DNA of 64,000 nucleotides. Origin: Phoronis australis. Its lineage: Eukaryota > Animalia > Phoronida. The translations under genes and the position numbers were made by a program. The DNA lies in contig NMRA01000184.1 in assembly GCA_002633005.1 (NCBI GenBank), positions 685,255-749,254 on the forward strand, read 5' to 3'. Every line of letters starts with the position of its first letter. Within the stretch, counting starts at the first letter, position 1. Shown here in pieces: positions 61,227-64,000 of the stretch. The notes below the pieces were generated by a model. That model did no database searches. It was not told the origin of the DNA and saw nothing but the letters and a program-made list of their open reading frames with translations.

Positions 61227-63829
61227 TCCATTTTTGTTGTTTTATTTACGTATATTTATGATAAGCTATTGTAATTGCTACAAACTGTTTTCTGATCTGA
61301 GCGGGTTATCTTAACCCGATATTGAAAGCGAAAGTGAAGTTCAATGTTTCGCTGTGACGCAATCAGTTTATCTAAAAATAGAACATCACCTATGCGTTAA
61401 ATATCAATATATGACCATGACTTCATAGATGAAACGGTCGACGGTTGACAGTGGGATTACTAACAGCTTAATCAGGCATGACAGCGGTAATCAATTTTCG
61501 GGGACATTCTCGAACTATTGCACTAAGAAACTTTTGTGCCAAATCTATCATCGGATTTCAGATATACGCAAATATATATATATATATACATTTTTTAATT
61601 GGAGTGGTTGTGGAGTCTAATTAGTGATCCTGGCTGAATCAATGAATCAAGAATTGTCTTGTTCCCTCACTGTGCGTCCGTGGCAACAAGGTAGGAAAGA
61701 CCGGCGACTAAACATCCAATGACTAACATTACGTGGCGTCTGGAAAATCCATCTTTCTATTTTTACTTGCTCTGTGACCGTCCTTGCAATGTTCAGAGGA
61801 CATGTCCTCAGGTTGATATGAACTGTGATTCAGTCTTGCGTTTGCGCAATTACAGCCCTGTTTTGTGACTTTTGATTTGATACACAATCTAAAGGCCGTG
61901 AACTATGTGCTGCAAATCAGCCGGGCAGCTTTGGGGGTGTTATCAGTTGGTTGAGTAGGAGGGGGTTTTCCTGGAAGAAGACTTATCAAACATTACTTAG
62001 TGGGTTGTACAAAGGTAAACTCTAACACTCATTTGCACACTTAAACAGGTTACGGATGTTTATCACTTGTGTTCGAGGCCTCCCATCATCTCAGTAGCAA
62101 GTGACTGAATAGGCGGGGAGTGAAACGGTTTCAATTGAAGCATAGGATCGGTGATTCAGGTATATCTACAGGCGAACGACGCTACAGTTGAGAGAAGAGC
62201 TTGGGTGACGTTACTTTCTGAAAATCATTTCTCTTCATTTTACTGTTGACAATGACCAACGCTTCGTTTCATCAGAAGCAGCTCTTTGTCCTAGTGTAAC
62301 ACTAGCAGGCTACTAAGACCAAAAATAGCATAACTGGTTCTGGTCGGTGCCCGGCCGCAATCACAACAGTTTGAAATCAGCGCTTGGTCTCAAACCAGGC
62401 ACCAAGTGAAGGATTCTGACCCATTTCTGTTGCCATCAAATGACTTTTTTTTAAAAATACCCATTGTTCCCTTTATTTAAAAAACGCACATACCAGAATC
62501 AAATATGCCATTGACTTTTTGTGACCTGGTGAAAACGCTCTTGTAGTACGCATTTGGGGATGCTAAAATTAATGTGATAGACTTGAACGTCTGTTCATAT
62601 AAAAACATGTTCTTAATGCCATTCTCTAAATAAGTTTGTTAGTTCGAGTGTAAGTGTTGGAGCCAGTAAATTTCCGTTAGATATCTGTGTAAGCGGTAAC
62701 ACCATATCAATAATTTGTTCTTTTACGTGTAGCCGGACTATACATTGGCACAACGTTTCGGTGGTTCATTCTCGTGATAACCTTAGTGTTCTGCAGTATT
62801 TTTTGAACAACGAGCATGGGTGGCGGGTAAACTCATGCACGGTGAAACTAGTGACACCTTTTGGCTGAATCGCTATCACTTATTAATCATCCATTAGCTT
62901 CGAATACAATCCATGTGCCGCCATGAATGCATATACCAACTACAGGTGCTCGTACGTCAAAGAACGTCGGAAACACCTGAAGTTGACCTGGAACATAAAC
63001 GAACGACTCACGTCGACCGTTCCAACTTAAATAGGTTAAAGGTTTAATGTAAATTACACAATGTTTTCTCAGTCAAGTAAGTTAGTTTATTTAAATAGCA
63101 CCACTTTTTAAAATTTCTTACAAAAACGCATTTCTGTGACTGTGTGATCAAACTCCAGTCCCGCGGCGACGAGATTCCTTTAGTTACCCGCCGAAATCAC
63201 CGGGGCTAGAGCTAGTTCAAGGTGTTCGGCGCGTATGTGAGGCAGGGGATTTGTACCGCGGGTTTGATGTTTGTTGATCCGGGACTGAAGTTTTGAGGAT
63301 CACAGTTCGGTAATTTAGAGGCGCATAGATAAAATCGTTTCCACTTCATCCGATTGTTCGATTAAAATTGCATTCCGAGTAATCGATCGAGAAATCTGTA
63401 GAACCTATCGTGCAGCATCGTACAGTGTATGCGGTTTGGTTGTTCGTATTTTATTTTTTAAACTGCGCATTGGAACTGATAATACTGAATTTGAGATTTT
63501 TTATAGTTTCAATATTTTATATTGCCGTAACCACCTTTGACATTTCATTCATATTTTGCAAAAAAGTGGAGGTTCCGAACTGATTTTTAAAATTGCATTG
63601 TCATTTTGATCCCATATATGAACATTTTACCCTACACCCCGGCCATGCACAGCACACTTGATTGTGATGCATCCCAAAGACCCTGGATAGCACAAACTTA
63701 AAGCGATTTTGATTTAGATTACTTACCGGTATGAAATGTGTTCAAATTGTTCTTTAATCAAAATAGGTGGTATTCCTGGGCTTGGAAAGATTTGAAAGTT
63801 TGTTTTTGCTTTAAACTATTCTCCAACTC

Positions 63830-64000
63830 TTGACTTGTCCCGGTGGGTCTATTTATTCAAGGCTCTACTTGTTGATTGTTACGGTGTGTCCATTTATTCA
63901 GACTCTGCAACTTGATTTGTCATAGTGTGTCATATTCAGGCTGTACCACTTGACTGGTTACGGTGTGTCCATTTATTCAGACTCTGTGAGTTGATTTGTC
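63830..64000. repeat. ~40-bp degenerate minisatellite running off the window
   Basis: Units resemble TTGACTGGTTACGGTGTGTCCATTTATTCAGACTCTG and occur at least 4 times. Confidence 0.85.

Overview
This is eukaryotic genomic DNA, not prokaryotic. It is AT-rich, has spliceosomal introns, is dense in transposons, and has single-N gaps at 26319 and 57980. The gene and repeat content fits a marine invertebrate, probably a lophotrochozoan (inference). Most short ORFs in the supplied track are spurious. The real genes are all on the + strand: (1) the 3' exons of an SLC18/VMAT-like MFS transporter, plus a dead paralogous exon at 36.8 kb; (2) a three-exon gene missed by the ORF track (16256-18632, with a GC-AG intron) encoding a 127-aa secreted, strongly cationic, 10-Cys prokineticin/colipase-fold-like protein; (3) an intronless DUF885 metallopeptidase-like gene with a signal peptide and GPI-like tail; (4) two tandem paralogs encoding a TTC22/IFIT-like TPR region, a TIR domain and a C-terminal transmembrane helix, each with an IRF/ISRE-like motif upstream of a candidate first exon. 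The TPR-TIR-TM pair is the best candidate for an undescribed innate-immune sensor/adaptor system. The remainder is a decayed L1/Tx1 LINE, CR1-like and Penelope fragments (one with a minimal hammerhead ribozyme motif), Kolobok-like elements, MITEs, a probable solo LTR, and a haplotype-like duplication that shows a filled versus empty transposon site. All family calls are by-eye motif recognition; no searches were run.
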